Part shown: in pieces, positions 18,821-28,741 of the stretch
Layout: each line of letters opens with the position of its first letter
Position numbering within the stretch: the stretch's first letter is position 1
Program-made: the position numbers and the translations under genes
IMG/VR virus record: IMGVR_UViG_3300021431_000039
DNA: 40,906 bases
Direction: 5' to 3' (one strand)
Source: a virus
Notes under the pieces: model-generated
Databases searched by the model: none
Told to the model about the DNA's origin: nothing
The model's input: only the letters and a program-made list of their open reading frames with translations

Positions 18821-19408
18821 ATGGCAAAGTTTGGAAAAACAGGTGTGACATCTGACACACCTAAAAAGATTTTGTTTGGTGCAGGTACGATTCATAAGAA
18901 TGTGACTTATGATGAAAGTTCCCACAAATGGAATTTTGAAAATTCAATTATGGGTGCAACACAGGGTGGTTCTAAGATTACGATCACACCTGAATTTGCA
19001 GACATTGAAGCTGATGGTGCAATGGTCGCAGTGAAGGGTCTTAAAGTCAAGACAGGTGAAACTGCTGAAATGGAAATCAATTTTCTTGAAATCACAAAGG
19101 ACATTATCAAATCAGCAATCATTGGTGTTGAAGGGACTTCTCAAGATACCGATTATGACCTAATTGAATCAAAGGCAGATATTGAAGATGGTGATTATCT
19201 TCAGAATATCGCTTTTGTTGGTAAGACATTAGGTGGAAAAAATATCATTGTTATTATGGACAATGCACTTTGTACAAGTGGACTTGAATCAAGTGGTGAA
19301 AATAAGAAAGAAGGGGTTGGAACATACACATTTGCATGTCATTCAGATCTTGATTCTGACCTTGACACTCTTCCTTATCACATTTATTATCCAAAAACAC
19401 TTGCATAG
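18821..19408 (+). CDS. Major tail protein
   Basis: 195 aa, strong RBS, located directly before the chaperone pair and the tape measure gene. Confidence 0.65.
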   Translation: MAKFGKTGVTSDTPKKILFGAGTIHKNVTYDESSHKWNFENSIMGATQGGSKITITPEFADIEADGAMVAVKGLKVKTGETAEMEINFLEITKDIIKSAIIGVEGTSQDTDYDLIESKADIEDGDYLQNIAFVGKTLGGKNIIVIMDNALCTSGLESSGENKKEGVGTYTFACHSDLDSDLDTLPYHIYYPKTLA

Positions 19409-19430
19409 CTAGAAAGGATGGTTTTAAACA

Positions 19431-19619
19431 ATGGCAAAAGTAAAAGTTATAAATGAATTCAATGACAAATACACAGGGAAACTTCACAAGATTGGTGAAG
19501 TGTTTGAAGCTGATGACAAAAGAATTTCTGAAATCATGAAAGTTTCAAAACACCTGATTGAAGTGCAGGAAGACAAAGAACCTGCAAAGAGAACAAGAAA
19601 AAAAGTGGGTGAAGAATAA
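19431..19619 (+). CDS. Hypothetical small protein (62 aa)
   Basis: GAAAGGATGG RBS followed by an ATG. No motif recognised. Confidence 0.5.
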   Translation: MAKVKVINEFNDKYTGKLHKIGEVFEADDKRISEIMKVSKHLIEVQEDKEPAKRTRKKVGEE

Positions 19620-20014
19620 TGGAATTTGAACTTAGAACACTAAAATCTGATGACTTATTCCAAATGTTTGGGATTCTTTCAAAGATTGGCTTTAAGGATT
19701 TAAAGGAAATTATTACACCTGATAAAATCAAGGACATGAAGTCAATGATTAGTCAGAAGGATGATGAAGATGAAAACACAGATGCTACAACACTGCTTGG
19801 TGCATCTGTTGTGATGGAAATTGTTTCTATCATCATGAAGAATCTTCCTTCCTGCAAAAATGAAATTTACACTTTTCTTTCAGGTCTGTCAGGAATGACA
19901 GTCAAGGAAATTGGAAACCTTGATATGGTAACTTTCACTGAAATGATTGTTGCTGTTGTTCAGAAGCAGGAATTTAAGGATTTTTTCAAGGTTGTTTCAA
20001 AATTATTCAAGTAA
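19619..20014 (+). CDS. Tail assembly chaperone (gpG-like)
   Basis: Position before the tape measure gene. Contains a slippery heptamer near its 3' end. Confidence 0.7.
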   Translation: MEFELRTLKSDDLFQMFGILSKIGFKDLKEIITPDKIKDMKSMISQKDDEDENTDATTLLGASVVMEIVSIIMKNLPSCKNEIYTFLSGLSGMTVKEIGNLDMVTFTEMIVAVVQKQEFKDFFKVVSKLFK

Positions 20015-20331
20015 ACCATCTTACTTTTATGGACTTGCTATTTAGAGAATATGCAAGTCCATTTATTTTGCTTGATAAGGTGATCGGTGCAGGACAATTG
20101 ATGGACTTCTTGGAAGTCTTTGATGAAAAACAACAGCACAATGAACTTTGGGAATTTTATATTCACAAAGTTCCACCTTGGGATGAAAGAACATTTGAAG
20201 AGTTCAAGCATGATTTGAAAATTGGTAACAAACCAAAGGGTGAAAGACCAACAAAGGAACAGCTTGAAGCAACCATAAAAGATTCTTATAAAATCATGCA
20301 AAATTTTGAAATAGAAAAGAAAGGGGGTTAA
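19619..20331 (+). CDS. Tail assembly chaperone GT fusion (-1 frameshift product; the T part corresponds to track ORF 20029..20331)
   Basis: This is the conserved G/GT arrangement of long-tailed phages. Reading-frame continuity was verified by hand. Confidence 0.65.
19981..19987 (+). promoter_or_regulatory. Programmed -1 ribosomal frameshift site T_TTT_TTC
   Basis: In the G frame the codons read gaT TTT TTC. The -1 frame stays open from 19981 through ATG 20029 to 20331, with no stop codon. Confidence 0.7.
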
Positions 20332-20338
20332 TTGAATT

Positions 20339-23035
20339 ATGGATTTGTTTAAACTTGTTGGAAGTATTTTCATCAATAACAATGAAGCAAACAGTCAGAT
20401 TGATGAAACCAATACAAAAGCACAGAATCTTGCAACCAAGATTGGTTCTGCTATGGAAACAGCAGGAACTAAAATCACAAATCTTGGAATAGCAATTGCA
20501 CCTGTGTCAGCAGTTCTTGCAACTGCACTGACTACTTCAACAAAGTCAGCTTCTGACTTTCAAAATGGCATGGCTAAGATGTCAACTTTGTTTGATACTT
20601 CCAAAACGTCAGTTACTAACTTATCCAAGGAATTCTTGACCCTATCCAATAAAACAGGTATATCTGCATCAGAACTTGCTGAAGCAGGATATCAGGCACT
20701 GTCAGCAGGTCAGAGTGTAGACAAGGTTGGAAAGTTCGTTGAAACAGCAGGAAACCTTGCAAAAGCAGGTTTCACAAGTACAACAACAGCAGTAGATGTG
20801 TTGACAACAGTAATGAACGCTTATGGTAAATCAGCGGGAAGTGCTAATGACATAGCAAACAAACTTGTAAGAACACAGAACTTAGGTAAAACCACTGTTG
20901 ATGAACTTGCATCTTCAATGGGTAAAATTATTCCAACAGCTTCTTCAATGGGTGTAAATATTGACAACCTGACATCTGGTTATGTATCACTGACAAAACA
21001 AGGTATTGCCACCGCAGAAGCAACAACATACATGAATAGTATGTTGAATGAACTTGGTGATTCAGGAACTAAACTTGGTGGAATCATCAAACAGAAAACA
21101 GGTATGTCATTCCAAGACTGCATGAAACATGGGATGTCACTTGCTGATGTTCTTCAAATCACAAAGCAGTATGCAGATGAAAATGGTATTGCTTACAATG
21201 AATTATGGTCATCTGCTGAAGCAGGAAAGGCAGGTCTTGCAATCCTGAATGGTGGTGTTGATGAATTCAACAAAACAGTTAAAACAATGGGATCTAATAC
21301 AAATGATGTTGGTAATGCATTGGAAAAATTAGAAACACCATCTGTCAAAGCACACAAAGCAATCAATCGGATTAAGAATAGCGGTATTGAATTAGGTACT
21401 GCATTCATTGGTGCTTTAGCACCAACACTTGAAAAAGTGTGTGGGGTTGTTGAAAAGGCAACAACATGGTTCAGTAGTCTTAATGAAAACACCAAAACCA
21501 TAATTGCAACGGCAATGGGAATTGGTGCAGTTGCTTCACCTGTTTTGATTATTGGTGGAAAAATCATCAGTGGTATTGGTTCAATGGTTAATAAGATTGG
21601 AACAGCTATATCAACCATATCATCACTGTCAGGTTCTGTTGGTGGTCTGTCAGGTGTCTTTGGTGCAATCACAAGTCCTATTGGATTGGTGGTTGTGGCA
21701 ATCACTGCATTGATTGCAATCTTTGTTACATTGTACAACACCAATGAGGGCTTCAGAAACACTGTTCAGTCAGCATGGGCAACCATCAAAGAAACAATCG
21801 GCACTGTTATTGAAGCAGTGAAAGAATTGATTTCAGCATTCATTCAGATTGTTAAACAGGCTTGGGATGCTTGGGGTCAGGATATTATCAATGTAGTAAC
21901 AAATGCATTCAATTTTATCAGCACATTTGTTGATTCAGCACTGAAGATTATTCAGGCAGTCATTCAAACAGTAACAGCACTAATCAAAGGTGATTGGTCA
22001 GGTGTGTGGGATGGTATTAAAAACATTGTGTCAACAGTGTGGGATGCAATCAAGAATTTGATTTCAGCAGGAATTAAACTTATAAAATCTATCATTCAGC
22101 TTGGTCTGAATGTTGTGAAAACAATATTCACAACAGTTTGGAATGCAATCAAAGGAATTGTTCAGACAGTATGGAATGGCATTAAGTCAGTGATTTCATC
22201 TGTCTTTAATGCAATCAAATCATTCATCAGCACAACACTGAATGCAATCAAGTCTGTATTTTCTACAATTTGGAATGCAATTAAATCTGTTGTAACAACA
22301 GTTATAAATGGCATTAAATCTACTATTTCATCTGTCTTTAATGCAATCAAATCAACAATCACAAGTGTTTTGAATGGAATCAAGTCTGTATTCAGCAGTG
22401 TATGGAATGGAATCAAGTCAACTGTGTCTTCAGTTATAAATGGCATTAAGTCCACTATTTCAAATGGAATGAATGGTGCAAAATCAACTGTGACAGGTGT
22501 ATTGAATGGAATCAAATCTTCATTCACAAACATTTGGAGTGGATGTAAATCTGTTGTTTCAGGTGCAATAAAGAAGATTAAATCATTCATGAATTTCAGT
22601 TGGTCACTACCAAAATTGAAACTTCCGCATATATCAATTAGTGGGAAATTCAGTTTAACACCACCATCAGTTCCATCATTTGGAATTAGCTGGTACAAAA
22701 AAGCTATGGACACACCATTCATGTTCACACAACCAACATTGTTTGATGTGAATCCTGTTACAGGTACTGCAAAGGGTGCAGGTGAATCAGGTGATGAAAT
22801 TATGTATGGACATAGCAATCTGATGAATGACATTCAGAATGCAGTTGGTCATCATGACAACTTAATTGTAAAAGCCTTGAATGATTGGTTTGAACAGTTA
22901 TTTGCAATCTTTGAAGAATGGTTCCCTGAATTCAAAGGTCAATTGGTTCTTGACACAGGTGCATTGGTTGCAGAAACAGCACCTGCAATGGATGAAGAAC
23001 TTGGTAAGATTATAAAAAGAAAGGAAAGACAATAA
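20339..23035 (+). CDS. Tape measure protein
   Basis: 898 aa, hydrophobic central segments, 11-aa periodic repeats, located after the chaperones. Confidence 0.9.
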   Translation: MDLFKLVGSIFINNNEANSQIDETNTKAQNLATKIGSAMETAGTKITNLGIAIAPVSAVLATALTTSTKSASDFQNGMAKMSTLFDTSKTSVTNLSKEFLTLSNKTGISASELAEAGYQALSAGQSVDKVGKFVETAGNLAKAGFTSTTTAVDVLTTVMNAYGKSAGSANDIANKLVRTQNLGKTTVDELASSMGKIIPTASSMGVNIDNLTSGYVSLTKQGIATAEATTYMNSMLNELGDSGTKLGGIIKQKTGMSFQDCMKHGMSLADVLQITKQYADENGIAYNELWSSAEAGKAGLAILNGGVDEFNKTVKTMGSNTNDVGNALEKLETPSVKAHKAINRIKNSGIELGTAFIGALAPTLEKVCGVVEKATTWFSSLNENTKTIIATAMGIGAVASPVLIIGGKIISGIGSMVNKIGTAISTISSLSGSVGGLSGVFGAITSPIGLVVVAITALIAIFVTLYNTNEGFRNTVQSAWATIKETIGTVIEAVKELISAFIQIVKQAWDAWGQDIINVVTNAFNFISTFVDSALKIIQAVIQTVTALIKGDWSGVWDGIKNIVSTVWDAIKNLISAGIKLIKSIIQLGLNVVKTIFTTVWNAIKGIVQTVWNGIKSVISSVFNAIKSFISTTLNAIKSVFSTIWNAIKSVVTTVINGIKSTISSVFNAIKSTITSVLNGIKSVFSSVWNGIKSTVSSVINGIKSTISNGMNGAKSTVTGVLNGIKSSFTNIWSGCKSVVSGAIKKIKSFMNFSWSLPKLKLPHISISGKFSLTPPSVPSFGISWYKKAMDTPFMFTQPTLFDVNPVTGTAKGAGESGDEIMYGHSNLMNDIQNAVGHHDNLIVKALNDWFEQLFAIFEEWFPEFKGQLVLDTGALVAETAPAMDEELGKIIKRKERQ
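22004..22588 (+). repeat. About 17.7 tandem 33-nt (11-aa) repeats inside the tape measure gene (consensus V[WF]N[AG]IKS.[IV]S[ST])
   Basis: Read from the translation: VWDGIKNIVST / VWDAIKNLISA / ... / IWSGCKSVVSG. Confidence 0.9.
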
Positions 23036-23727
23036 TGCAGACAGTGACGTTTGGAACTAAAAATTCATATACCGACTTTGGTCTAATTCTTACTGAAAAG
23101 GATATTGGCTTTCCTGAACCAAAGTTAGAAGAAGTTGATGTGATTGGTGCTGATGGTGTCATTGACTTGTCGGAAGTCTTAAATGATGATATCAAGTACA
23201 AAACACGAAAACTTCAGTTTACTTTTACGATTCTGAAAGGGAACAAATATTGGGCATCAACAGTTGCTGATGTTGCAAATTACCTTCATGGTAAGAAGTT
23301 AAGAATTCAGATGGATTTTGACCCTGCCTACTATTACACAGGCAGGTGCAAAATCAATTCATTCAAGACTTCCAAAAGGTTATGTACCATCACAATTGAT
23401 GCTGAATGTGAACCTTACAGGCTTGATATAAATGGGAATGGTGAAAAATGGTTGTGGGACACATTCAGTTTTCAGAATGGTTTCATCAGGGTGAATGCAG
23501 TAACAGTCAATGGTTCATTGCAGATCAACTTGCAAAATCAAAGAAAGATTGTATCACCAACTTTCACCTGTTCAACAGCAATGACTGTTACATTTAATGG
23601 TGTTACATATAACCTTCCAAAAGGAAAGACACAGGTTCTTGGAATCAGGCTTCAATATGGAACAAATTATGTGACATTTGAAGGAAATGGAACAGTCAAA
23701 ATTGAATATCAAGGGGGTGCATTATAA
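23035..23727 (+). CDS. Distal tail protein (Dit)
   Basis: MQTVTFGTKNSYTDFGLIL...PEPK start is typical of siphovirus Dit. Follows the tape measure gene. Confidence 0.75.
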   Translation: MQTVTFGTKNSYTDFGLILTEKDIGFPEPKLEEVDVIGADGVIDLSEVLNDDIKYKTRKLQFTFTILKGNKYWASTVADVANYLHGKKLRIQMDFDPAYYYTGRCKINSFKTSKRLCTITIDAECEPYRLDINGNGEKWLWDTFSFQNGFIRVNAVTVNGSLQINLQNQRKIVSPTFTCSTAMTVTFNGVTYNLPKGKTQVLGIRLQYGTNYVTFEGNGTVKIEYQGGAL

Positions 23728-26181
23728 ATGTATCTTGTATATTGCAATGATGCTCCTTTGTATGATTTAAGGGATGAAGACCTTGTTTTGATTTCCCCAA
23801 CTGTAAAGATTGGGGAAAACACAGCAGGGTCTTTTGAATTTAGTATTCTTCCAAAACATCCACACTATGAAGAAGTCAATGAATTGACTTCAGTTATCAC
23901 TGCTTATGATGGTGATGAAGAAATCTTTTGTGGAAGGGTTGTGGAAATTACAAAAGATTTATACAACAGAAAAAAAGTCATCTGTGAAGGTGAACTTGCA
24001 TATTTCAATGATTCAATTCAAAGACCTGCTAAATATCAGGGATTGACAGTCAGGGGTTATCTTGAAACCTTGGTAAACATTCATAATCAGCAGGTACAGA
24101 ATCAGGGCATTGATAAAACCTTTACAGTTGGTGCAGTAACTGTTCAGGATAACAATGATTATGTTTACAAATATACCAATTGGGAATCAACATTGGAAGT
24201 TATCAAGACAGATCTATTGGGAACCTATGGTGGATATTTAAGAATCAGAAAAGAAAATGGTGTCAGATACCTTGATTATCTTGCTGATTATCCTAACACA
24301 AATACACAAGTAATTGAATTTGGTTCAAACTTATTGGACTTTACACACGATATGGTTGCTTCTGATATTGTCACAGCAGTCATCCCACTTGGTGCAAGAC
24401 TTGAAAATGTTACGGAAGTTGAAGGTCTTGATGCTTATCTGACAATCAAAGATGTCAATGGTGGTGTTGATTATGTGTATTCACAGGAAGCAGTCAAAAG
24501 CTATGGATGGATATTCAAAACAGTCAAATGGGATGATGTTCATGTTGCAGATAACCTTCTAAGAAAAGGAAAGGAATATCTGTCAGATATTCAGTTTGCA
24601 CAGATTACATTGACAGTATCTGCTGTTGATCTTCACATGCTTCATGTGGACATGGAAAGAATCAAAGTCCTTGACAGAATCAGAGTCACATCAACACCTA
24701 ATGGTCTTGATAGATTTTTCCCTGTGTCAGAAATGACAATTTATTTGGATAAACCATCAAATAATAAGTTGACCCTTGGGACATCTTATTCCAAGACTAG
24801 CTTATCAACCAAGACAGAATCAAATATGACTTCAATTAAAAATAAGATTGAAAAACTTCCAAAGGAGTCTGAAATCCTTGAAGAAGCAAAGAAGAATGCT
24901 TCTGAACTTATCAAAACAGCAACCAATGGTCATGTCGTTCTTGGTGCAGATGAACTTCTTATCATGGATACAAATGATAAGAATACTGCTAACCGTGTTT
25001 GGCGATGGAATCTGAATGGTCTTGGATATTCCAAGACAGGTTACAAAGGAAGTTATGAACTTGCAATGACAATGGATGGTCAGATTCTTGGAACATTGAT
25101 TGCAGGTGAAGCAATCAAAGCAGAACACATTTCAACAGAATACAAAACGTCAGTTGAAAGACAAATCACTGATGCAAAAGAAGATGTTGAAAATAATGTT
25201 CAGGAAGAATTAAAAAAATATTGGACAAAGACAGAAGTTGAAACAGCAATCAATCAATCTGCAAATTCAATCAAGCTGTCAGCAAAAGAAACAGCTTCAG
25301 GATTGATTTCAGAAGCATTAAAATCTTATTCTACATCAGCACAGATTAAAGTTACAACTAATGCAATCAATTCAGAAGTGAATAAAAAGGTTGGTTATTC
25401 TGAAGTAATCAGTTCAATCAATCAATCTGCTGAAGAAGTTGCAATCAATGCTTCAAAGATAAAACTTGAAGGTCTTGTGACTGCAAATGAAAACTTCCAA
25501 GTACTTAGAGATGGAAGCATTGTTGCAAAAGATGGATCATTCACAGGGAACATCACAGGTTCTACAATCACAGGTTCTACAATCAACATTACAGATTATA
25601 ATGGATGCAAGATTGATTTGAACGCTTCAGGTCTTAGAATTGAAGCGGACAAATACACAGACATTTTTGGACATCAAGGTGGAACACTTGTTGTTGGTAC
25701 AACATCATCAATTCTTGACTCCATGTTTTCACCAATCTGTTTTACTACTACTAATGGTGATGTATGGAATTTACCTGTTTCGAATGGATGTAATAAATTC
25801 AGATTTATTTGGAATATGATGTCATCAGCTTACGTTGAAATTCAGACATTATTTGGTGCTTATGGATTGACAGCATGGGCATCTGATAAAAAGATGAAGA
25901 AAAACATTATTGATTCTGAAATCAGTGGAATTGATGAAATTATGAAAATCCCACATTATTCCTTTGATTGGAAGAATAAAGATTATCATGTTGATTGTGG
26001 TTACATTGCACAAGAAATGGAAAAGTTGAATCAAAGTTATGTAATAAAGATTGCACAACATGATGAAAAAGGACAGTACACAGGTGACAATTATCAGATT
26101 GATGAAACTGCAATCATCCCTGTCATTACAAAAGCATTACAAGAAGTTATTGAAAGATTGGAAAGGTTGGAAGAAAAATGA
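23728..26181 (+). CDS. Tail-associated protein (Tal, prophage-tail endopeptidase family) with a C-terminal S74 intramolecular-chaperone domain
   Basis: 817 aa, follows Dit. The C-terminal ASDKKMKKNI...CGYIAQEMEKL (about 25879-26181) resembles the endosialidase chaperone/Peptidase_S74 autoproteolysis motif. Confidence 0.75.
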   Translation: MYLVYCNDAPLYDLRDEDLVLISPTVKIGENTAGSFEFSILPKHPHYEEVNELTSVITAYDGDEEIFCGRVVEITKDLYNRKKVICEGELAYFNDSIQRPAKYQGLTVRGYLETLVNIHNQQVQNQGIDKTFTVGAVTVQDNNDYVYKYTNWESTLEVIKTDLLGTYGGYLRIRKENGVRYLDYLADYPNTNTQVIEFGSNLLDFTHDMVASDIVTAVIPLGARLENVTEVEGLDAYLTIKDVNGGVDYVYSQEAVKSYGWIFKTVKWDDVHVADNLLRKGKEYLSDIQFAQITLTVSAVDLHMLHVDMERIKVLDRIRVTSTPNGLDRFFPVSEMTIYLDKPSNNKLTLGTSYSKTSLSTKTESNMTSIKNKIEKLPKESEILEEAKKNASELIKTATNGHVVLGADELLIMDTNDKNTANRVWRWNLNGLGYSKTGYKGSYELAMTMDGQILGTLIAGEAIKAEHISTEYKTSVERQITDAKEDVENNVQEELKKYWTKTEVETAINQSANSIKLSAKETASGLISEALKSYSTSAQIKVTTNAINSEVNKKVGYSEVISSINQSAEEVAINASKIKLEGLVTANENFQVLRDGSIVAKDGSFTGNITGSTITGSTINITDYNGCKIDLNASGLRIEADKYTDIFGHQGGTLVVGTTSSILDSMFSPICFTTTNGDVWNLPVSNGCNKFRFIWNMMSSAYVEIQTLFGAYGLTAWASDKKMKKNIIDSEISGIDEIMKIPHYSFDWKNKDYHVDCGYIAQEMEKLNQSYVIKIAQHDEKGQYTGDNYQIDETAIIPVITKALQEVIERLERLEEK

Positions 26182-26408
26182 ATATACCATTATCTGTCTT
26201 ATTAGAAAATACAAAAATCAGAATGAATGATTCTGTGAATAAAGTTATTCAGGAATCAAATCTTCCTGCTTATCTGATAGAAGGAATTCTGTCAGATATT
26301 CTTGCAGAAGTCAGAAAACAGAAGAATCTTGAATTAGCATCTGACTATGCAAGTATGAATAAAGAAAATCAGAAAAATGAAGAAGATGAAAAGGAAGGTG
26401 AAGAATAA
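26178..26408 (+). CDS. Hypothetical small acidic protein (76 aa)
   Basis: ATGA overlap with Tal and TAATG overlap with the fibre gene. Confidence 0.55.
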   Translation: MNIPLSVLLENTKIRMNDSVNKVIQESNLPAYLIEGILSDILAEVRKQKNLELASDYASMNKENQKNEEDEKEGEE

Positions 26409-28504
26409 TGGCAAACATTAAACCCTATACAGATGAAATTGCAAATGCTGTGTATGGTGAAGAAGTCAGAAGTTCAATCATCAATGCACTGAATAAAGTC
26501 AATGATGATAATAACAGTTATCAGGACATCAAGAATCAGATTGTTGCTTCCAAGGATGATGTTGATGAAGCTGTTTCAGAATTTGATGCAAAGGTTGCTT
26601 CAGCACAAGATGCAACAACAGCACTTATCAATGCAACTACTTCAGCAAACACGACAAAGTCTGAACTTATCAATGCAACTACTTCAGCAAACACAGCAAG
26701 AACCAACTTAGTTTCTGCAACTACTTCAGCAAACAATGCTGAAAGCACACTGAAGTCAGCAACATCAACTGCACAGACTGCAACAGCATCTGCAAATGAT
26801 GTAAAGAAGAATCTTGATTCTTCCATCAGTTCAGCAAATAGTGCTAAATCTGCACTTGATACTGCAATCAGCAACGCAAATACAGCTAAATCAAATCTTG
26901 ATACAAGTACATCAACAGGTAGCACTGTAAAGAACAATCTTGATACTGCAATCAGTAATGCAACCGATGCAAGAAGTGAATTGAATGCAGTTATTAGTTC
27001 GGCACAGTCTGCACAGTCATCTTTGTCAGGTGTTATTGCACAGGCATCAACAGCACAGACAAACCTTCAGAATGCAACTAACAGTGCAACCAATGTCTTC
27101 AATCAGCTTACTGCTGAAAATGTTTCAGCAAAAGCAAACCTTGATGCATTAAGAAGTGAAGACTTCAATGCACAGGAAATTCTGTCAGGTGTAACAGATA
27201 TCAGAGCATATCTTGGAATGATTGAAACAGAAGATGTTCTTGGTATCACTATGGACTATAAGAACAAGACCTGCACAAGAATAGCAGGTGCAAAGAATCT
27301 GACAGCAGGTGCAGACTTTGACAAGTTCAACATGTATGGTGGAAGAAAAAGATGCAATGTGTCGGATGGTGGAACAATCAACGCTTACTATGGTGATGAA
27401 AATTACACAGAAGATGGTTCAAATGGTCAGGTCATGGTATATCAGCCTAAGTTCTATTATCTTGTGTGTCCACTTGAATATGACAGACAGGAAACAGGCT
27501 ATGGTTATCATTTAAGAAAAGCAAACTACTATGTCAGTGAAAAACAAAGGGCTGGATTCAAACTTCATCCTGCATTCTATGACAAGAATGGAAATGAAGT
27601 TGATTATATCCTTATGTCAGCATATGAAGGATGTATCTATGACACATCTGCAAATGCTTATATGCTGAATGATGAACAGGTTATGGATGCTTCTGAAGAC
27701 AAGTTCAGTTCCATTGCAGGTGCAAGACCTGCAACAGGTGTATCACAGAATCTGACAAGACCAAACATTGAACAGATGGCAAAGAATAGGGGTGAAGGCT
27801 GGCATTCCTTTGGAATCAAAACAGCATCTATGGAACAGTTGCTGATGATTGTTGAAATGGGAATGATGAATCTTCAAACTGCTATTGGTCAGGGTGTTGT
27901 CAATCTTCCTTGGACAACAGGTTCTGACACAACAAGTTCTTATGCAGGTGCAACAGGTTCAACTGCTTCACTTGGTAATGGAACAGGTAGAGCAACAGAA
28001 ACAACCACATATGAAGGTGGTGTTGCAACAGAAAACACAGCAGATGGAAAAACTTCTATTTGTTATCGTGGTGTTGAAAACTTTTGGGGTAACATTTGGA
28101 AGTTTGTCTATGGTGTAAATATTTGGGGCAATGGAAAAATGGCAGGTGGTATGCCTTACATCTGTTCAGACTTCAATTACGCTGAAGGAAAGAACACAGA
28201 CAATTATGAAGGTGCAGGATTCACAGTCACAAAAGCAAATGGATATATTTCAGCAATGGGATATTCTACTAAATATGACTGGTTATTCATGGCATCTGAA
28301 TGCCTTGGGAACAGTTCATTGCCTGTTGGTGATTATACTTATATCACTGAAAACCTAAATGGATATAGGGTTCCTCTATTGGGCGGTGGTTGGGGTCATG
28401 GTTCTGTTGCAGGTGGTTTCTATTGGGGTTTGCATGGCGGTGTTGGGGGTCGTGATCGTGGTATCGGCGGTCGCTTGGTGTATGTACCAACAGTCACTGT
28501 TTAA
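26408..28504 (+). CDS. Tail fibre / receptor-binding protein; DGR target with a C-terminal C-type-lectin (FGE-like) variable region
   Basis: Conserved fibre N-terminus, a Ser/Ala/Thr/Asn-rich repeat stalk, and a C-terminal ...GGGWGHGSVAGGFYWGLHGGVGGRDRGIGGRL encoded by the VR. Confidence 0.8.
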   Translation: MANIKPYTDEIANAVYGEEVRSSIINALNKVNDDNNSYQDIKNQIVASKDDVDEAVSEFDAKVASAQDATTALINATTSANTTKSELINATTSANTARTNLVSATTSANNAESTLKSATSTAQTATASANDVKKNLDSSISSANSAKSALDTAISNANTAKSNLDTSTSTGSTVKNNLDTAISNATDARSELNAVISSAQSAQSSLSGVIAQASTAQTNLQNATNSATNVFNQLTAENVSAKANLDALRSEDFNAQEILSGVTDIRAYLGMIETEDVLGITMDYKNKTCTRIAGAKNLTAGADFDKFNMYGGRKRCNVSDGGTINAYYGDENYTEDGSNGQVMVYQPKFYYLVCPLEYDRQETGYGYHLRKANYYVSEKQRAGFKLHPAFYDKNGNEVDYILMSAYEGCIYDTSANAYMLNDEQVMDASEDKFSSIAGARPATGVSQNLTRPNIEQMAKNRGEGWHSFGIKTASMEQLLMIVEMGMMNLQTAIGQGVVNLPWTTGSDTTSSYAGATGSTASLGNGTGRATETTTYEGGVATENTADGKTSICYRGVENFWGNIWKFVYGVNIWGNGKMAGGMPYICSDFNYAEGKNTDNYEGAGFTVTKANGYISAMGYSTKYDWLFMASECLGNSSLPVGDYTYITENLNGYRVPLLGGGWGHGSVAGGFYWGLHGGVGGRDRGIGGRLVYVPTVTV
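26624..26749 (+). repeat. Three tandem 42-nt (14-aa) repeats (LINATTSANTxxxx) in the fibre stalk; more degenerate copies continue to about 27150
   Basis: Units 26624-26665, 26666-26707 and 26708-26749 are near-identical at the nucleotide level. Confidence 0.85.
28367..28484 (+). repeat. DGR variable region (VR)
   Basis: Ungapped alignment to 28584-28701. There are 31 mismatches, all opposite TR adenines. Confidence 0.9.
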
Positions 28505-28583
28505 TTAAATATATGGGTTAGGTAATTGTTGATGGCAACATCTTCCACCTTGTTGTTATATCTGTACACAATAAAACATTTTC

Positions 28584-28701
28584 AAGATTACTCAATTAGG
28601 CAGTAATTGGAATAATGGTTCTAATGCAGGTAGTTTCTATTGGAATTTGAATAACAGTGTTGGGAATCGTAATCGTAATATCAGCAGTCACTTAGTAAAT
28701 G
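28584..28701 (+). repeat. DGR template repeat (TR)
   Basis: Contains 40 adenines. In the VR frame it reads KITQLGSNWNNGSNAGSFYWNLNNSVGNRNRNISSHLVN (AAY-rich). It is non-coding and lies between the target gene and the RT. Confidence 0.9.
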
Positions 28702-28713
28702 CGTGGTTGATTT

Positions 28714-28741
28714 CAGGCAGTCCAAAAGGACTGTCTGTTTT
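28714..28741 (+). other. Strong hairpin 12 nt after the TR (10-bp stem with one G-U pair, AAAA loop, then TTTT): DGR RNA spacer structure or intrinsic terminator
   Basis: CAGGCAGTCC-AAAA-GGACTGTCTG-TTTT. A second 7-bp hairpin lies at 28796-28815. Confidence 0.55.

Noticed and set aside
21193-22833. Long antisense ORFs (189 and 223 aa) opposite the tape measure gene
   Set aside because: They are embedded in a well-supported 898-aa CDS, lack an RBS, and have low-complexity or repeat-derived composition. The same reasoning applies to the other minus-strand track ORFs inside + strand genes, for example 672..1010, 2373..2690, 6828..7148, 26536..26937, 28864..29205 and 28932..29219.
26178-26408. 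Avd candidate for the DGR (also 30029..30295)
   Set aside because: Both small ORFs are acidic and do not resemble the basic four-helix-bundle Avd. Their positions fit ordinary tail- and late-module small genes.
28505-28583. Promoter for the TR RNA between the VR and the TR
   Set aside because: Only weak hexamers are present (for example TTATAT at 28556 with a poor -35). The evidence is not sufficient to call a promoter.
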